A stretch of 64,000 bases of DNA from Bacillota bacterium (GTDB lineage Bacteria > Bacillota > Dethiobacteria > DTU022). Location: positions 5,217-69,216 of the forward strand of contig JAUWPV010000001.1 of NCBI GenBank assembly GCA_030611385.1, written 5' to 3'. Below, in pieces: positions 32,514-42,710 of the stretch (positions are counted from its first letter, which is position 1; each line of letters begins with the position of its first letter). The position numbers and the translations under genes are program-made. The notes beneath the pieces are model-generated. The model did not search any database and was not told the origin of the DNA. It saw nothing but the letters and a program-made list of their open reading frames with translations.

Positions 32514-34336
32514 AGCAGCGCTACCCCCTGATCAGCTGACTTCGGCAGCGTAAAACAGACTTTGGTCCCCAGACCGGGGTTACTTTCTATCCAGATTATA
32601 CCACCATGCCCTTCGACAACTTTACGGGCGATCGAGAGCCCTAACCCGGTCCCCCCAAAGTCACGGCTGCGGGTTTTTTCGACACGGTAGAACCGCTCAA
32701 AAACCCTCGGTAGTTCTTCTTCCGGTATGCCGCTACCAGTATCTTCGATAGATACTTTTATAGAGCTGTCCTCATCTGTCGTATTAATTGTGATTGTGCC
32801 ATCCTGAGCCGTATATTTAACAGCATTGCTGAGCAAGTTAGAAAAAACACGCATAACTTTATCGCGATCTATGCAAACAGAAGAGGAGTCAGGAGATATT
32901 AAAACCTCAATCCGGGGCAGCTTAATACTGAGCTTCTGCTTAAGTTGTTCAACGGCCTCCATGGTCAGATCTTTTAAATCTACTTCGGTTTTCTGCCAGT
33001 AAACTTTACTGGAATCCATTTGAGATAAAACCAGTAGATCTTTGACCATATTGACCATACGATCTGTTTCCCTGGCCAGGACATTGAGGAAACGATTGCG
33101 AACAGCAGGTTCTTCGGCCGCGCCATCAAGCAGTGTTTCAACATAACTTTTTACTGTAGCCAGTGGAGTTCTCAGCTCATGAGAAACATCGGCAACAAAC
33201 TCTTCTTGACGCCGAATCAGTTCTTTCTCCCGGGTTATATCATGCAAAACAATCAGCGTGCCGTCAAGTTTACCTTTGTCAACTTTAAAAGGGGCTATCT
33301 TGATCTGCATCGTGCACTCCGGAGAACTGCTTGATATTTCAGCAATTAGAGGTTTCTGCAGGCGGATAAATTGACGCATCAGATCCGAGCCAATCACGTT
33401 TCTTAACAAATTAAACCCTGAGCGGTTTAGAATAGGGATCTTTAATCCGAGGTTATTAATCAACAACCGTGCGGCTGGATTAACCTGAATCAGGCGCCCT
33501 TTACCGTCTAAAGCAACGATTCCATCACTCATGTTGTTAATAATCGCTTCGCCTTTGCTTTTTTCTGAGGATATTTCGTTGATTGTATGGTTAAGTTGTT
33601 CTGCCAGGTAATTGAATGTTTCTCCTAACCGCCCTATTTCATCGGCAGTTTGGACATTAATTTTACGGGAAAAATCACCACGCGCCATAAAGTAAGCCTG
33701 GTCGGTTACTTCTTTTATGGGCAGAGTAATAGTCTTAGTTAAAACGATGCCCAAAAGAATACTAACCGCCAGAGCCAGACCAACTCCTGTTAGCAAAATC
33801 GTCTTTACTTCATTTAGAGTATCGTCGACTGATCGCAAGGAACCGCTTAAATAGATAACTCCGATGGTACTTTGATCGTTTTGGATGGGAAAAGCCAGGT
33901 AATAGCGCCTTTCCTGATTAACCGGGTCAAACCGGATATTATCACTTAAATTTCCGCCCAAGGCGCGGGTTATCTCATCCCGAATCAAGCGGCGACTGAT
34001 CAGATTTTGGTTACCGGAAGTTCCAATAATGTGAGCGTAACTATCAAGAATGATAATTTCCATTTCATGCAGATCTCTGAATTCCCTGGCCAGTTGTACT
34101 GTATCCTCAGCCCAGTTCTGCCCTTCACCGAAACCGGGACCCATAAAGGCAGAAAGAAGCCTGGCCTGATTTTCAAGGTTTTCTTTATAATTACTCAGAT
34201 AATATTGTTCCAGTGACTGTACCAGGTAAACGCTAATTAACTGCAGCGAAAAAAGTATTAGCATAATGTAGATAAATATGATTTTCCACTGGAGGCTGTT
34301 AAAAATTTTACCTCCGCCTAAAAAAATAGCCGACAC
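32510..34336 (-). CDS. walK: Cell-wall-metabolism sensor histidine kinase WalK (YycG-like)
   Basis: 608 aa. Two TM helices flank an extracytoplasmic domain, followed by HAMP, PAS, an H-box (VSHELRTPL) and HATPase_c (GTGLGLSIARKVVEGHGG). Confidence 0.88.
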   Translation of the reverse strand: MSAIFLGGGKIFNSLQWKIIFIYIMLILFSLQLISVYLVQSLEQYYLSNYKENLENQARLLSAFMGPGFGEGQNWAEDTVQLAREFRDLHEMEIIILDSYAHIIGTSGNQNLISRRLIRDEITRALGGNLSDNIRFDPVNQERRYYLAFPIQNDQSTIGVIYLSGSLRSVDDTLNEVKTILLTGVGLALAVSILLGIVLTKTITLPIKEVTDQAYFMARGDFSRKINVQTADEIGRLGETFNYLAEQLNHTINEISSEKSKGEAIINNMSDGIVALDGKGRLIQVNPAARLLINNLGLKIPILNRSGFNLLRNVIGSDLMRQFIRLQKPLIAEISSSSPECTMQIKIAPFKVDKGKLDGTLIVLHDITREKELIRRQEEFVADVSHELRTPLATVKSYVETLLDGAAEEPAVRNRFLNVLARETDRMVNMVKDLLVLSQMDSSKVYWQKTEVDLKDLTMEAVEQLKQKLSIKLPRIEVLISPDSSSVCIDRDKVMRVFSNLLSNAVKYTAQDGTITINTTDEDSSIKVSIEDTGSGIPEEELPRVFERFYRVEKTRSRDFGGTGLGLSIARKVVEGHGGIIWIESNPGLGTKVCFTLPKSADQGVALL

Positions 34337-35012
34337 CCCTCTTTGTCTGGATATAGTCGGGTTTAGCAGGATTTATTTCCAGCTTCTCTCGCAGACGGCG
34401 GATAGTAACGTCTACAGTACGTTCGTCACCAATATAGTCATAACCCCACACCTGATTTAATAACTGTTCCCTGCTGTAAACGTATCCGGGTTTCATCATT
34501 AGAAATACCAAAAGATTGAATTCGCGAAAAGTAAGCTCTACCGGCTCGCCCTGATTGTAAACCCGAACTTCGTCCCGATCCACAGTGATCGAACCGACCA
34601 TCAGCTTATTCTGGCCATGGCTTGAATGATCTTCTTTAGTTATACTGCGGCGCAGGATAGCCTTGACCCTTGCAGTAACTTCCCGCGCGCTAAAGGGTTT
34701 GGTAACATAGTCATCCGCACCCAATTCAAGGCCGTACACCTTATCCATTTCCATTTCCTTTGCCGTTAACATAATGATTGGGATGTCCCATTTAGAACGT
34801 ATTTCACGGCATACGGCAAAACCATCTTTAATGGGCAGCATGATATCCAGAATAATCAGATCCGGGTTTTCTGCTCTAACTTTGTTAATGGCTTCCTCAC
34901 CGTCAAAAGCAGTTATCACCCGGTAACCCTCTTTTTCCAGGTTGTATTTTAGAATTTCCACTATGGGTTTTTCATCGTCAACAACTAAAATTTTTTCTGC
35001 CAACCAAACCAC
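34308..35012 (-). CDS. walR: OmpR-family response regulator WalR (YycF-like)
   Basis: N-terminal receiver (KILVVDDEKPI...D) and a C-terminal winged-helix OmpR/PhoB domain. It is translationally coupled with walK. Confidence 0.9.
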   Translation of the reverse strand: MVWLAEKILVVDDEKPIVEILKYNLEKEGYRVITAFDGEEAINKVRAENPDLIILDIMLPIKDGFAVCREIRSKWDIPIIMLTAKEMEMDKVYGLELGADDYVTKPFSAREVTARVKAILRRSITKEDHSSHGQNKLMVGSITVDRDEVRVYNQGEPVELTFREFNLLVFLMMKPGYVYSREQLLNQVWGYDYIGDERTVDVTIRRLREKLEINPAKPDYIQTKRGVGYFFRRR

Positions 35013-35080
35013 TCCATCCGAATATTAAGCTTAAAACTTCGCCCTATCCGTTCCGAAACCCTGCAACCGGCATATTCTAT

Positions 35081-35110
35081 AAAAAAACCCTTCTCCCGGG
35101 GAAGAAGGGC
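35081..35110 (-). terminator. Rho-independent terminator between the upstream M23 peptidase gene and walR
   Basis: Minus strand reads CCCTTCT-TCCCCGGG-AGAAGGG followed by TTTTTTT. Confidence 0.75.
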
Positions 35111-35131
35111 AAATCATCTGCATTCTCATGT

Positions 35132-36622
35132 TTAAGGTATAAAATACTGAAGTGGATCTACCGGTATATGTTGGTAGTAGGCATGCCATTCTCCGGAGCC
35201 GTCATCAAGGCGAACCTCAAAATGCAAGTGCGGACCGCTGGAACGCCCTGTCGAACCAAGAATGGCAATTATTTCACCCTGAACAACTTCATCGCCTTTA
35301 GAAACAAGGTTTTCGCTATTGTGCAGGTAGAGAGTCCAGTAAGGACCGTGATAGATGATCAAGTAGTTTCCCTGAGAGCCTCCATACCCGGAAAACCAAA
35401 CCACCCCGCTATCGGCTGCCAAAATGTTTATCCCGCTGTTCCCACCAATATCTATTCCGGTATGCCAAGAGTTAAAACCTCTTCCGGGAGTAACTTCTCC
35501 TCCAGTTTCCACCGGCCAGATAAACTGTCCCGTTCCCATCGACGGCACCTTTACGACACCATGTAATTCTACTTGGGTTACAGGATGCTCGAGGATAACC
35601 TCATTTACTTTCGATCTTTCAATCTCAACTCCGTTTTCTCGGATTATATGGTACACTAATTCTTTTTTACCTTCTTCACCTAAAACTGTAATCTCTTTTT
35701 GAACTACCCACATTTCATCGTCATACTCATATTCTACGGCAAACGGGATTATTTCACTAACCGTGACTTCTTCCATAATGTTAACATGCACAATAGTGTT
35801 GTTGGAAGGGTATCCTTCTTTTTCAGATAGAATCTCCGCAGTCATATCAGTATGAGAAGCTATATTTTCATAACTGTATAATTGACGGCTGTCTAACAGA
35901 CTGCGTCCGGCAGCATCAGAAATTAATGAAGCCTGGCTGGTCTGAGGTCTGCTCACTTCAAACAATAGCGATACAACTTCTTCAGCTGAGTGAACAGTAT
36001 CTGGTGAGACAACACATGCCTCCAGATTTAGATCTTCAATGATATAAGCATCCAAAACCTTAACTCCACTGTCACGGCTGTTATAGGATACTTTCAGTAA
36101 ATCAATCACCGTAGCCAGTTCGCCTTCTGAAATAACCGGGACAAAAGGAGTGCCATCAACTGTGAGCATATAGGCATCCGTCAGTAACGTTAATTGCTGA
36201 CGGATAGTATTAGCTACTTTCTCAGGATCAGCTATACTGCCTGGCCTGTACTCTTTGACCAGGGCAATGGTTTGGCCAGGCTCTATTCTCATATCGTATA
36301 GGTCGCTACAACGACCAGTCAGGTCAGCGACAAATTTTTCTACCTCGTCTGCATCGTTCACGATACCTATTTCGTGGTCGTTTAGCAGGACAACATATAC
36401 GTAGTTACTCATATAGCTGTGCAGACCGAGCAATGTAGTTACTGTAAGAGCAGCAGCAATAATATAATAGGGGCCGCGCATTTTTTTTGCCGATAACCAT
36501 GCCTTTATTTTTTTTAGCTTCTGCTTGTATTGAATCGGTTTTTTAATATTTGGCCTTTTACCCGCAGGCACTATATGGAAAAATCCAGGTTTCATATAAA
36601 TAACCCTTTCTGCAATACACAA
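35132..36622 (-). CDS. M23 (LytM-type) metallopeptidase with long N-terminal region and a TM segment
   Basis: C-terminal HTGIDIG...GPHLHFEV is the canonical M23 HxxxD / HxH zinc site. The N-terminal start is ambiguous (M1 vs M10). Confidence 0.85.
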   Translation of the reverse strand: MCIAERVIYMKPGFFHIVPAGKRPNIKKPIQYKQKLKKIKAWLSAKKMRGPYYIIAAALTVTTLLGLHSYMSNYVYVVLLNDHEIGIVNDADEVEKFVADLTGRCSDLYDMRIEPGQTIALVKEYRPGSIADPEKVANTIRQQLTLLTDAYMLTVDGTPFVPVISEGELATVIDLLKVSYNSRDSGVKVLDAYIIEDLNLEACVVSPDTVHSAEEVVSLLFEVSRPQTSQASLISDAAGRSLLDSRQLYSYENIASHTDMTAEILSEKEGYPSNNTIVHVNIMEEVTVSEIIPFAVEYEYDDEMWVVQKEITVLGEEGKKELVYHIIRENGVEIERSKVNEVILEHPVTQVELHGVVKVPSMGTGQFIWPVETGGEVTPGRGFNSWHTGIDIGGNSGINILAADSGVVWFSGYGGSQGNYLIIYHGPYWTLYLHNSENLVSKGDEVVQGEIIAILGSTGRSSGPHLHFEVRLDDGSGEWHAYYQHIPVDPLQYFIP

Positions 36623-36720
36623 TGCCGTTTATTTCTCATACAATCTGCCTGCCAACAAAAAAACGGCTTCGCCTGTTTAGCTATCCGCTGTAGGAGCAGT
36701 ATTATAGCACCCTGAGTGAT

Positions 36721-38106
36721 TTACTGCAAACGGTTTATTATTGCCCGGGCCGCTATTACCCCGGTAGCCGATGCCTGAATTAAACCTCTCGTCACACCTG
36801 CACCATCGCCGACTGCAAAAAGATTTTTAATTGCTGTCTCCAAGTTGCGGCTCAGACAAAGCCGGTAAGAATAAAACTTCACTTCCACACCATACAACAG
36901 GGTATGCCTGGAGCTAACCCCGGGGGCCAGTTTGTCAAGGGCTTCTAACATTTCAATGATTGCCAGCAGGTACCGATAAGGCAAAACCAGGCTTAAATCA
37001 CCCGGTGTTGCCTCTGACAATGTCGGTCGAACAAGACCCCGACTGATCCGTTCCGGTGTTGAGCGCCGACCCATCAGCAAATCTCCCAGGCGCTGTACAA
37101 TCACACCATCACCAAGCATATTGGCCAGACTAGCAATATATCGACCATAGCGGATCGGTTCATTGAACGGTTCGGTAAAGGATTTGCTGACCAGTAAGGC
37201 AAAATTGGTATTATTGGTTTTTGTTTCGGCAAAGCTGTGGCCGTTAACGGTTACCAGCCCTTCGTTATTCTCTGTTACCACAACACCGTAAGGATTCATG
37301 CAAAATGTGCGAATTCGATCATCAAATTGTTTGGTAAAATAGATTAACTTTGATTCGTAAATTTGATTGGTTAGGTTTTCCATAATAACCGCGGGAACTT
37401 CTACCCTGACACCAATATCTACAGGGTTATTAATACCCTTCAACCCTAAACGATTCGATTCCCGGTACATCCACTCGGCACCAACCCGGCCCGGTCCGCA
37501 AATCACATAATCTGCCTCGTAAACTTCACCGGTGGAAAGCCTGACACCGCAAATCGAAGTGTTATCATAAAGTAATTCATCCACTGTCTTATTCATAAGT
37601 ATGTCAACACGGCCCAGCAAGGTCCTGTGCATTTTTTCAAGGATGCGGTAGCAATTTTCCGTGCCCAGATGCCTTATTTTTGCCGGGATCAGATTAAGGC
37701 CGGCTGCTGCAGCCCGGCGTTCCATTTCCTTAACCGCCTCTAAATCAGTTCCGTAAACCTTTTCAGGAGCCCCAAAAGAGAGATAGACCCTATCTACTTC
37801 GTCGATCAGGCTTTCAACCAAATCCTGATCGATAAACTCGCTTAAAAGGCCGCCAAATGCCGGAGTCAGGGTAAGTTTTCCATCGCTAAAGGCGCCGGCT
37901 CCCCCCCAGCCACAGGTAACAGCACAGGGGTCGCAGCGTAAGCAGCGGCCGTATTCCTTCTGGGTCTTGCAACGGCGCTCCTCCAATGGGGATCCTTTGT
38001 CGATAATCAGAACTTTTGCTTTACTTTTTGCGGTCAGTTCCATCGCAGCAAAAATACCAGCTGGTCCGGCACCAATAATGATTACAGTATATTTTTGATC
38101 TGACAT
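36721..38106 (-). CDS. FAD-dependent oxidoreductase (COG2509-like uncharacterized FAD-dependent dehydrogenase)
   Basis: N-terminal dinucleotide-binding GxGxxG motif (IIIGAGPAGIFAA). A second GxGxxG-like motif lies near the C-terminus. 461 aa. Confidence 0.65.
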   Translation of the reverse strand: MSDQKYTVIIIGAGPAGIFAAMELTAKSKAKVLIIDKGSPLEERRCKTQKEYGRCLRCDPCAVTCGWGGAGAFSDGKLTLTPAFGGLLSEFIDQDLVESLIDEVDRVYLSFGAPEKVYGTDLEAVKEMERRAAAAGLNLIPAKIRHLGTENCYRILEKMHRTLLGRVDILMNKTVDELLYDNTSICGVRLSTGEVYEADYVICGPGRVGAEWMYRESNRLGLKGINNPVDIGVRVEVPAVIMENLTNQIYESKLIYFTKQFDDRIRTFCMNPYGVVVTENNEGLVTVNGHSFAETKTNNTNFALLVSKSFTEPFNEPIRYGRYIASLANMLGDGVIVQRLGDLLMGRRSTPERISRGLVRPTLSEATPGDLSLVLPYRYLLAIIEMLEALDKLAPGVSSRHTLLYGVEVKFYSYRLCLSRNLETAIKNLFAVGDGAGVTRGLIQASATGVIAARAIINRLQ

Positions 38107-38114
38107 TGTTTAAT

Positions 38115-39461
38115 TTACCCTTCTTCGCGAATTGATTCCCGGGCAACGTTGGCAAATTTTGTAAATCGATCAAGGAAGTAAAGTTCTACCTGGCCGGTAG
38201 GGCCATTGCGCTGCTTGGCTATGTTGATTTCAGCGATATTACCTTTTTCTGTATCTTTATTGTAATATGCCTCCCGGTAGATAAACATAACCAGATCGGC
38301 ATTGGCTTCAATACCACCGGATTCCATCAAATCGCTGAGTACAGGGCGGCGATCCGGCCTTTTTTCTACAGCCCGACTTAGCTGGGACAAAGCCACAACC
38401 GGGATGCAAAGCTCCTTGGCCAGAGCCTTCAAAGCGCGCGATATCTCGGATAGTTCCTGCTGTCGGCTTTCGAAACGGCTGAATCCACGCATTAGCTGCA
38501 GATAGTCAACAAAGATCGCCTCCAATCCCTTTTCGGCTTTTAAGCGGCGCGCCTTGGCTCTTACCTCCATTACTGATAGGGTGGCTGAATCATCGATATA
38601 AAGCGGTGATTCGCTCAACGGTCCAACAGCCCTCGTCAGCTTATGCCATTCATCCTGTGAAAGAAAACCGCGTCGCATATTTTGGGCATCAATTTGTGCT
38701 TCGGCACAAAGCAGGCGCTGAGCCAACTGCTCTTTCGACATTTCCATACTGAAAAAAGCAGTCGGCCTTTTTTCATTAACCGCAACCTGCTGGGCCATAT
38801 TCAAGGCAAGCGTAGTTTTACCCATACTGGGGCGGGCAGCAATAACGATCAAGTCTGAGTTCTGCAAACCAAAACACATCCGGTCAAGATCAGTGAACCC
38901 TGTTGAAAGGCCCGTTATACCTTTTTTTTCATCATAAAGTTTCTCAATACGATCAAATGCCTGGACAAGGACATCTTTTAATGAGGCAAAACTCTGATGT
39001 TTACCCCTGCGACCGATTTCAAAGACCAGCTGTTCCGCTTCGTCGAGAAATTCATCAACATTTGAAGGAGAGTCAAAACTGCGCGATACAATTCCAGTTG
39101 CAGCCTGGATCAATGCCCTTAAGATCGATTTTTCCCTGACAATATGCGAGTGGTACTGTACGTTGGCTGCTGTGGGAACCGCATTGGCCAGGGAAACCAG
39201 GTAAGATCTACCGCCTACATCTTCAAGACACTGATTGCTCTGAAGTTCTTCAGAAAGGGTAATCAAATCGACCGGTTCGCCTTTTTCACTTAAAGAAATA
39301 ATTCCGGTGTAAATTTTTTGGTGGGCAGTACTGTAAAAGTCTTGTTCTCCCAGTAACTCTACAGCAGCAAAAATGGCTTCTTTGTCAATAATCATCGAAC
39401 CAAGAACTGACTGCTCTGCCTCTTTACTCTGCGGAGGGACTCTATCACTGATAACAACCAA
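38115..39461 (-). CDS. dnaB: Replicative DNA helicase (DnaB family; DnaC in B. subtilis nomenclature)
   Basis: N-terminal PPQSKEAEQSVLGSMI, Walker A ARPSMGKTTLALN, and a position downstream of rplI as in Bacilli. Confidence 0.95.
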   Translation of the reverse strand: MVVISDRVPPQSKEAEQSVLGSMIIDKEAIFAAVELLGEQDFYSTAHQKIYTGIISLSEKGEPVDLITLSEELQSNQCLEDVGGRSYLVSLANAVPTAANVQYHSHIVREKSILRALIQAATGIVSRSFDSPSNVDEFLDEAEQLVFEIGRRGKHQSFASLKDVLVQAFDRIEKLYDEKKGITGLSTGFTDLDRMCFGLQNSDLIVIAARPSMGKTTLALNMAQQVAVNEKRPTAFFSMEMSKEQLAQRLLCAEAQIDAQNMRRGFLSQDEWHKLTRAVGPLSESPLYIDDSATLSVMEVRAKARRLKAEKGLEAIFVDYLQLMRGFSRFESRQQELSEISRALKALAKELCIPVVALSQLSRAVEKRPDRRPVLSDLMESGGIEANADLVMFIYREAYYNKDTEKGNIAEINIAKQRNGPTGQVELYFLDRFTKFANVARESIREEG

Positions 39462-39487
39462 CTGCGGCTGTCTCCTTTCATCGGAGT

Positions 39488-39934
39488 TTAAGTTTCTTTT
39501 TCCACCTTAACTGTTACGTCTGCTTTAACTCCCGGATGCAGGCGAACAGACGCTGTAAAACTGCCAATGCTTTTGATCTGTTCTGTAAGTTCAATACGTT
39601 TTTTGTCAATACTAAAACCGGCTTCCGCAAGCTTCTGGGCAATATCGGCAGCAGTTACTGATCCAAATAAGCGACCGCCCTCACCTGCCGGCATCCAGAT
39701 AATCAACTCTTTTTGACTAAGCTTTTCGGCCTGAGCGCGGGCATGTTCCTCTCGCTGCTGGCTTATTGTTGCCGCTTTCTCCTGACGCTGTTTCCATTCG
39801 CGCAGCCGCTGAGGGGTTGCTTCAATAACCAGTCCGCGGGGTAAAAGATGGTTGCGAGCATAGCCAGAGGCTACCTCTTTTAACTCCCCCTTTTTACCAA
39901 GACTGGGGACATCCTGTTGTAAAATCACCTGCAT
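39488..39934 (-). CDS. rplI: 50S ribosomal protein L9
   Basis: [28 protein letters not shown]...; 148 aa. Confidence 0.95.
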   Translation of the reverse strand: MQVILQQDVPSLGKKGELKEVASGYARNHLLPRGLVIEATPQRLREWKQRQEKAATISQQREEHARAQAEKLSQKELIIWMPAGEGGRLFGSVTAADIAQKLAEAGFSIDKKRIELTEQIKSIGSFTASVRLHPGVKADVTVKVEKET

Positions 39935-40061
39935 GGGTAACAGCTCCTCTCCGTCGGCTTATGTGTAGATTCGCTTCCGGTTGTGCTCTATCCTGCAAAT
40001 ATAAAACGGTGCCTGGAAATATTCACCCGACACCGTTACAAATAGATTAATTATCCGCTAC

Positions 40062-40292
40062 CTACTCTGAAGTAAACGGGAGTAAGGCCATAATTCTGGC
40101 TCTTTTGATTGCCCGTGTCAGCTGACGCTGATGCTTGGCGCAATTACCAGAAATACGACGCGGGAGCACTTTGCCTCTTTCGGTAACAAACCGTTTCAGC
40201 TTTTCATATTGCTTGTAATTTACATTTTCGATTTTATCTACACAGTAGCTGCATATCTTTTTCTTCGGTTTTCTTCCTCTGTCACGCCTCAA
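40062..40292 (-). CDS. rpsR: 30S ribosomal protein S18
   Basis: 76 aa, with the [24 protein letters not shown] motif. Confidence 0.95.
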   Translation of the reverse strand: MRRDRGRKPKKKICSYCVDKIENVNYKQYEKLKRFVTERGKVLPRRISGNCAKHQRQLTRAIKRARIMALLPFTSE

Positions 40293-40327
40293 TTAATCAC
40301 ACTCCTTCCACTAAAAGGGAACGTCAT

Positions 40328-40735
40328 CTAAAAGGGAACATCATCTCCACTAATATCAACATCATCACTGTCAGGGTTTTCAAGATCACCAGTTTGAGCT
40401 TGATCATTGCTGCGTCCCCGATCAAGAAAACGGACATTATCTGCTACTACTTCTGCAGCTTTGCGCTTGATTCCCTGGCTATCTTCATAGGATCGTATCT
40501 GCAACCTACCGGCAACTGCGGTTAGGCTACCTTTTTTAAGATAATTAGCGCAGTTTTCAGCCTGCTTTCGCCAGGTTACAATATTTATAAAATCAGCTTC
40601 TCTTTCCCCTTGCTTGTTCTTAAAAGAACGGTCTACAGCAAGGGTAAAAGAGGCTACCGGCACTCCGTCTCCTGGCGTATAGCGGAGCTCTGGATCACGA
40701 GTCAAACGACCAATTAAAACAACCTGATTTAACAC
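40328..40735 (-). CDS. ssb: Single-stranded DNA-binding protein
   Basis: OB-fold N-terminus [20 protein letters not shown] and an acidic C-terminal tail ending DDVPF. Confidence 0.95.
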   Translation of the reverse strand: MLNQVVLIGRLTRDPELRYTPGDGVPVASFTLAVDRSFKNKQGEREADFINIVTWRKQAENCANYLKKGSLTAVAGRLQIRSYEDSQGIKRKAAEVVADNVRFLDRGRSNDQAQTGDLENPDSDDVDISGDDVPF

Positions 40736-40757
40736 AGATACACCGTCCTTTCAATGG

Positions 40758-41447
40758 TTATTCGCTTTTCGGTTCTTCTTCTGTCTGCTCTTCAGACTCG
40801 ACTGTTTCTTCAGGCTCTACCTGCGCTATCACTTTAATCGGCTCAACTGCTTCCTCTGCTACTACTTCAGCTTTTACTGCTTTTACAGCTTTTACAGCTT
40901 TCACTGCTTTCACTGGCTTTTCTTCATCAGCTGTTTCTACTTCAGCTTTTACTGCTTTCACTGCTTCAGCTGGCTTTACTTCATCAGCAGTTTCTACTTC
41001 AACTACTGCTTCTGCTTCAGCTACTACTGCTTCTGCTTCAGCTACTTCTACTTCAGTCGTTTCAGTTTCAGTTGGCTCGGTTTGTTCGACAACCTCTGCA
41101 GGTTCGGCAGAACGAGCTGCTTCTGCTGCTGCTTTAGCAACAGCCGCTTCGAACTCCTGTTCGTCCGATCTCACGATCATATAACGAATTACCGTATCGG
41201 TAACCCGAAAAAAGTGTTCGATTTCTGGGATTATAGTACCGGGTGCGCTGAAGTATACCAAGTAGTAGTGGCCATCTTTATGCTTTTCAATCTCATAAGC
41301 CAATCTGCGTTTATGCCAATCTAAGACAGTGTTGACTGTCCCTTCATTCTTGGTAATGGTATTCGATAAACCACTGAACACTTCTTCATGCTCTTCCGCC
41401 TCCAAATCCGGCCGGACAACGAGCATTATCTCATACAGTTCCATCAT
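40758..41447 (-). CDS. rpsF: 30S ribosomal protein S6 with ~130-aa low-complexity C-terminal extension
   Basis: The first ~95 aa (MMELYEIMLVVRPDL...YMIVRSDE) form a canonical S6 domain. The remainder is an Ala/Glu/Val-rich tail with KAVKAVKAVKAV repeats, encoded by tandem 12-nt DNA repeats. Confidence 0.85.
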   Translation of the reverse strand: MMELYEIMLVVRPDLEAEEHEEVFSGLSNTITKNEGTVNTVLDWHKRRLAYEIEKHKDGHYYLVYFSAPGTIIPEIEHFFRVTDTVIRYMIVRSDEQEFEAAVAKAAAEAARSAEPAEVVEQTEPTETETTEVEVAEAEAVVAEAEAVVEVETADEVKPAEAVKAVKAEVETADEEKPVKAVKAVKAVKAVKAEVVAEEAVEPIKVIAQVEPEETVESEEQTEEEPKSE

Positions 41448-41646
41448 TTTTCACCTCCCTCTGGACTGATGGCCCCATTAAAGGAGCAGGGATTAACCTC
41501 AAACATGATAGCATATTTATTTGATCAGGGCAAGCTGTCGCGATCACTCACTTATAATCTTACTAAAGGGGTACCGGCTCACTCACGACGAAATCTTACC
41601 GAGGGCTCCGCTAGTTTACAGATAAATATTTAAGCAGAGGTACCGG

Positions 41647-42702
41647 TTATAGCTGGTTTTCAGTATCTTCCAGGTAAGATGGTCCGCGCTTAATCAGATC
41701 CAAAACACCTTTTACGATACCGGCAACGGGTACAGCCAGTATCATGCCAAGCAAACCGGCCAGTCTGCCGCCTGCAAGAATAGCAATAATTACAGTTACC
41801 GGCCTTAATTTAACAACACGGCCAAGAATAAACGGGGCAAGAAATATACCGTCGAGAATCTGGATGACAACATAGATCGATATAACTACAAGAGGAGAAG
41901 GAGTTAACGGAGAAAAACTTAACAAAACCGCCGGTATAGCGGCAATATATGGTCCGATGTAGAGAATAAAGTTAAATATACCGGCTAACACCCCAAGCAA
42001 CAGCGCATAGGGCATACCGGCAATAAATAATACAATACCGGTTATTATGCCAACAACCAGGCAGCGAACCAGTGATCCGCGAATAAAGGTACCCACGTTA
42101 TTATCAATAATTGAAAGCAGTTCTTTAGCGAGCGGGCGTCTGGCTACAGGTACAATCTCAATCAGTTGTCTGCGCACCAGGTGAAAATCGTAGAGAAGAT
42201 AAAAAATAAGGAATAGGACAATAAAGAAATCGACAGCTCCTCCAACAACTGAAAGAGAAGCTTCAGCTAAATATTCAAGAGTCTGATTTAAGTTATCCGA
42301 AAGGTTTAACAGATAACTTTGTACCTCTTGTTCAAGATCAAGCTTGATCGTTTGCTGGGAAAACCATAATAGGTGCTCCTGAAAGCGAAGCACGTAGTGA
42401 GGATAACTTTCGGATAGTTCAATAACCTCTTTATAAATAACCGGTATGAGCAAACTGATCATTAAAATGCAGAACAGCAGAAATATGATAAAGACCAGGG
42501 TTGTAGCCAACCCATGGCTTAATCCAAAGCGTTTTTTTAGGTAAAGCAGTAAAGGGTATAAGATATAGACAAACAGCGTACTGATCAGAATCAGGCCGAC
42601 CAGCCAGGCTATACTGTTTAGCAACCAGATGGCACCAGTTACAACAAGGAGCAAAACAACCAACCTGAAAGAAAAAGCCCACTGTTTGTCCATTAATTTC
42701 AT
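41647..42702 (-). CDS. AI-2E family transporter (PerM/YdiK-like)
   Basis: 351 aa polytopic membrane protein with the characteristic hydrophobic architecture and conserved mid-protein GxxxGxPxALLLG-like block. Confidence 0.75.
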   Translation of the reverse strand: MKLMDKQWAFSFRLVVLLLVVTGAIWLLNSIAWLVGLILISTLFVYILYPLLLYLKKRFGLSHGLATTLVFIIFLLFCILMISLLIPVIYKEVIELSESYPHYVLRFQEHLLWFSQQTIKLDLEQEVQSYLLNLSDNLNQTLEYLAEASLSVVGGAVDFFIVLFLIFYLLYDFHLVRRQLIEIVPVARRPLAKELLSIIDNNVGTFIRGSLVRCLVVGIITGIVLFIAGMPYALLLGVLAGIFNFILYIGPYIAAIPAVLLSFSPLTPSPLVVISIYVVIQILDGIFLAPFILGRVVKLRPVTVIIAILAGGRLAGLLGMILAVPVAGIVKGVLDLIKRGPSYLEDTENQL

Positions 42703-42710
42703 CCTTTCGC

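Noticed and set aside
39935-40061. AACGGTG...CACCGTT inverted repeat between rplI and rpsR, as a terminator or regulatory hairpin
   Set aside because: The 7-bp stem encloses a 19-nt loop, and the downstream U-tract is interrupted (TTTTATATTT). It is plausible but not convincing without comparative data.
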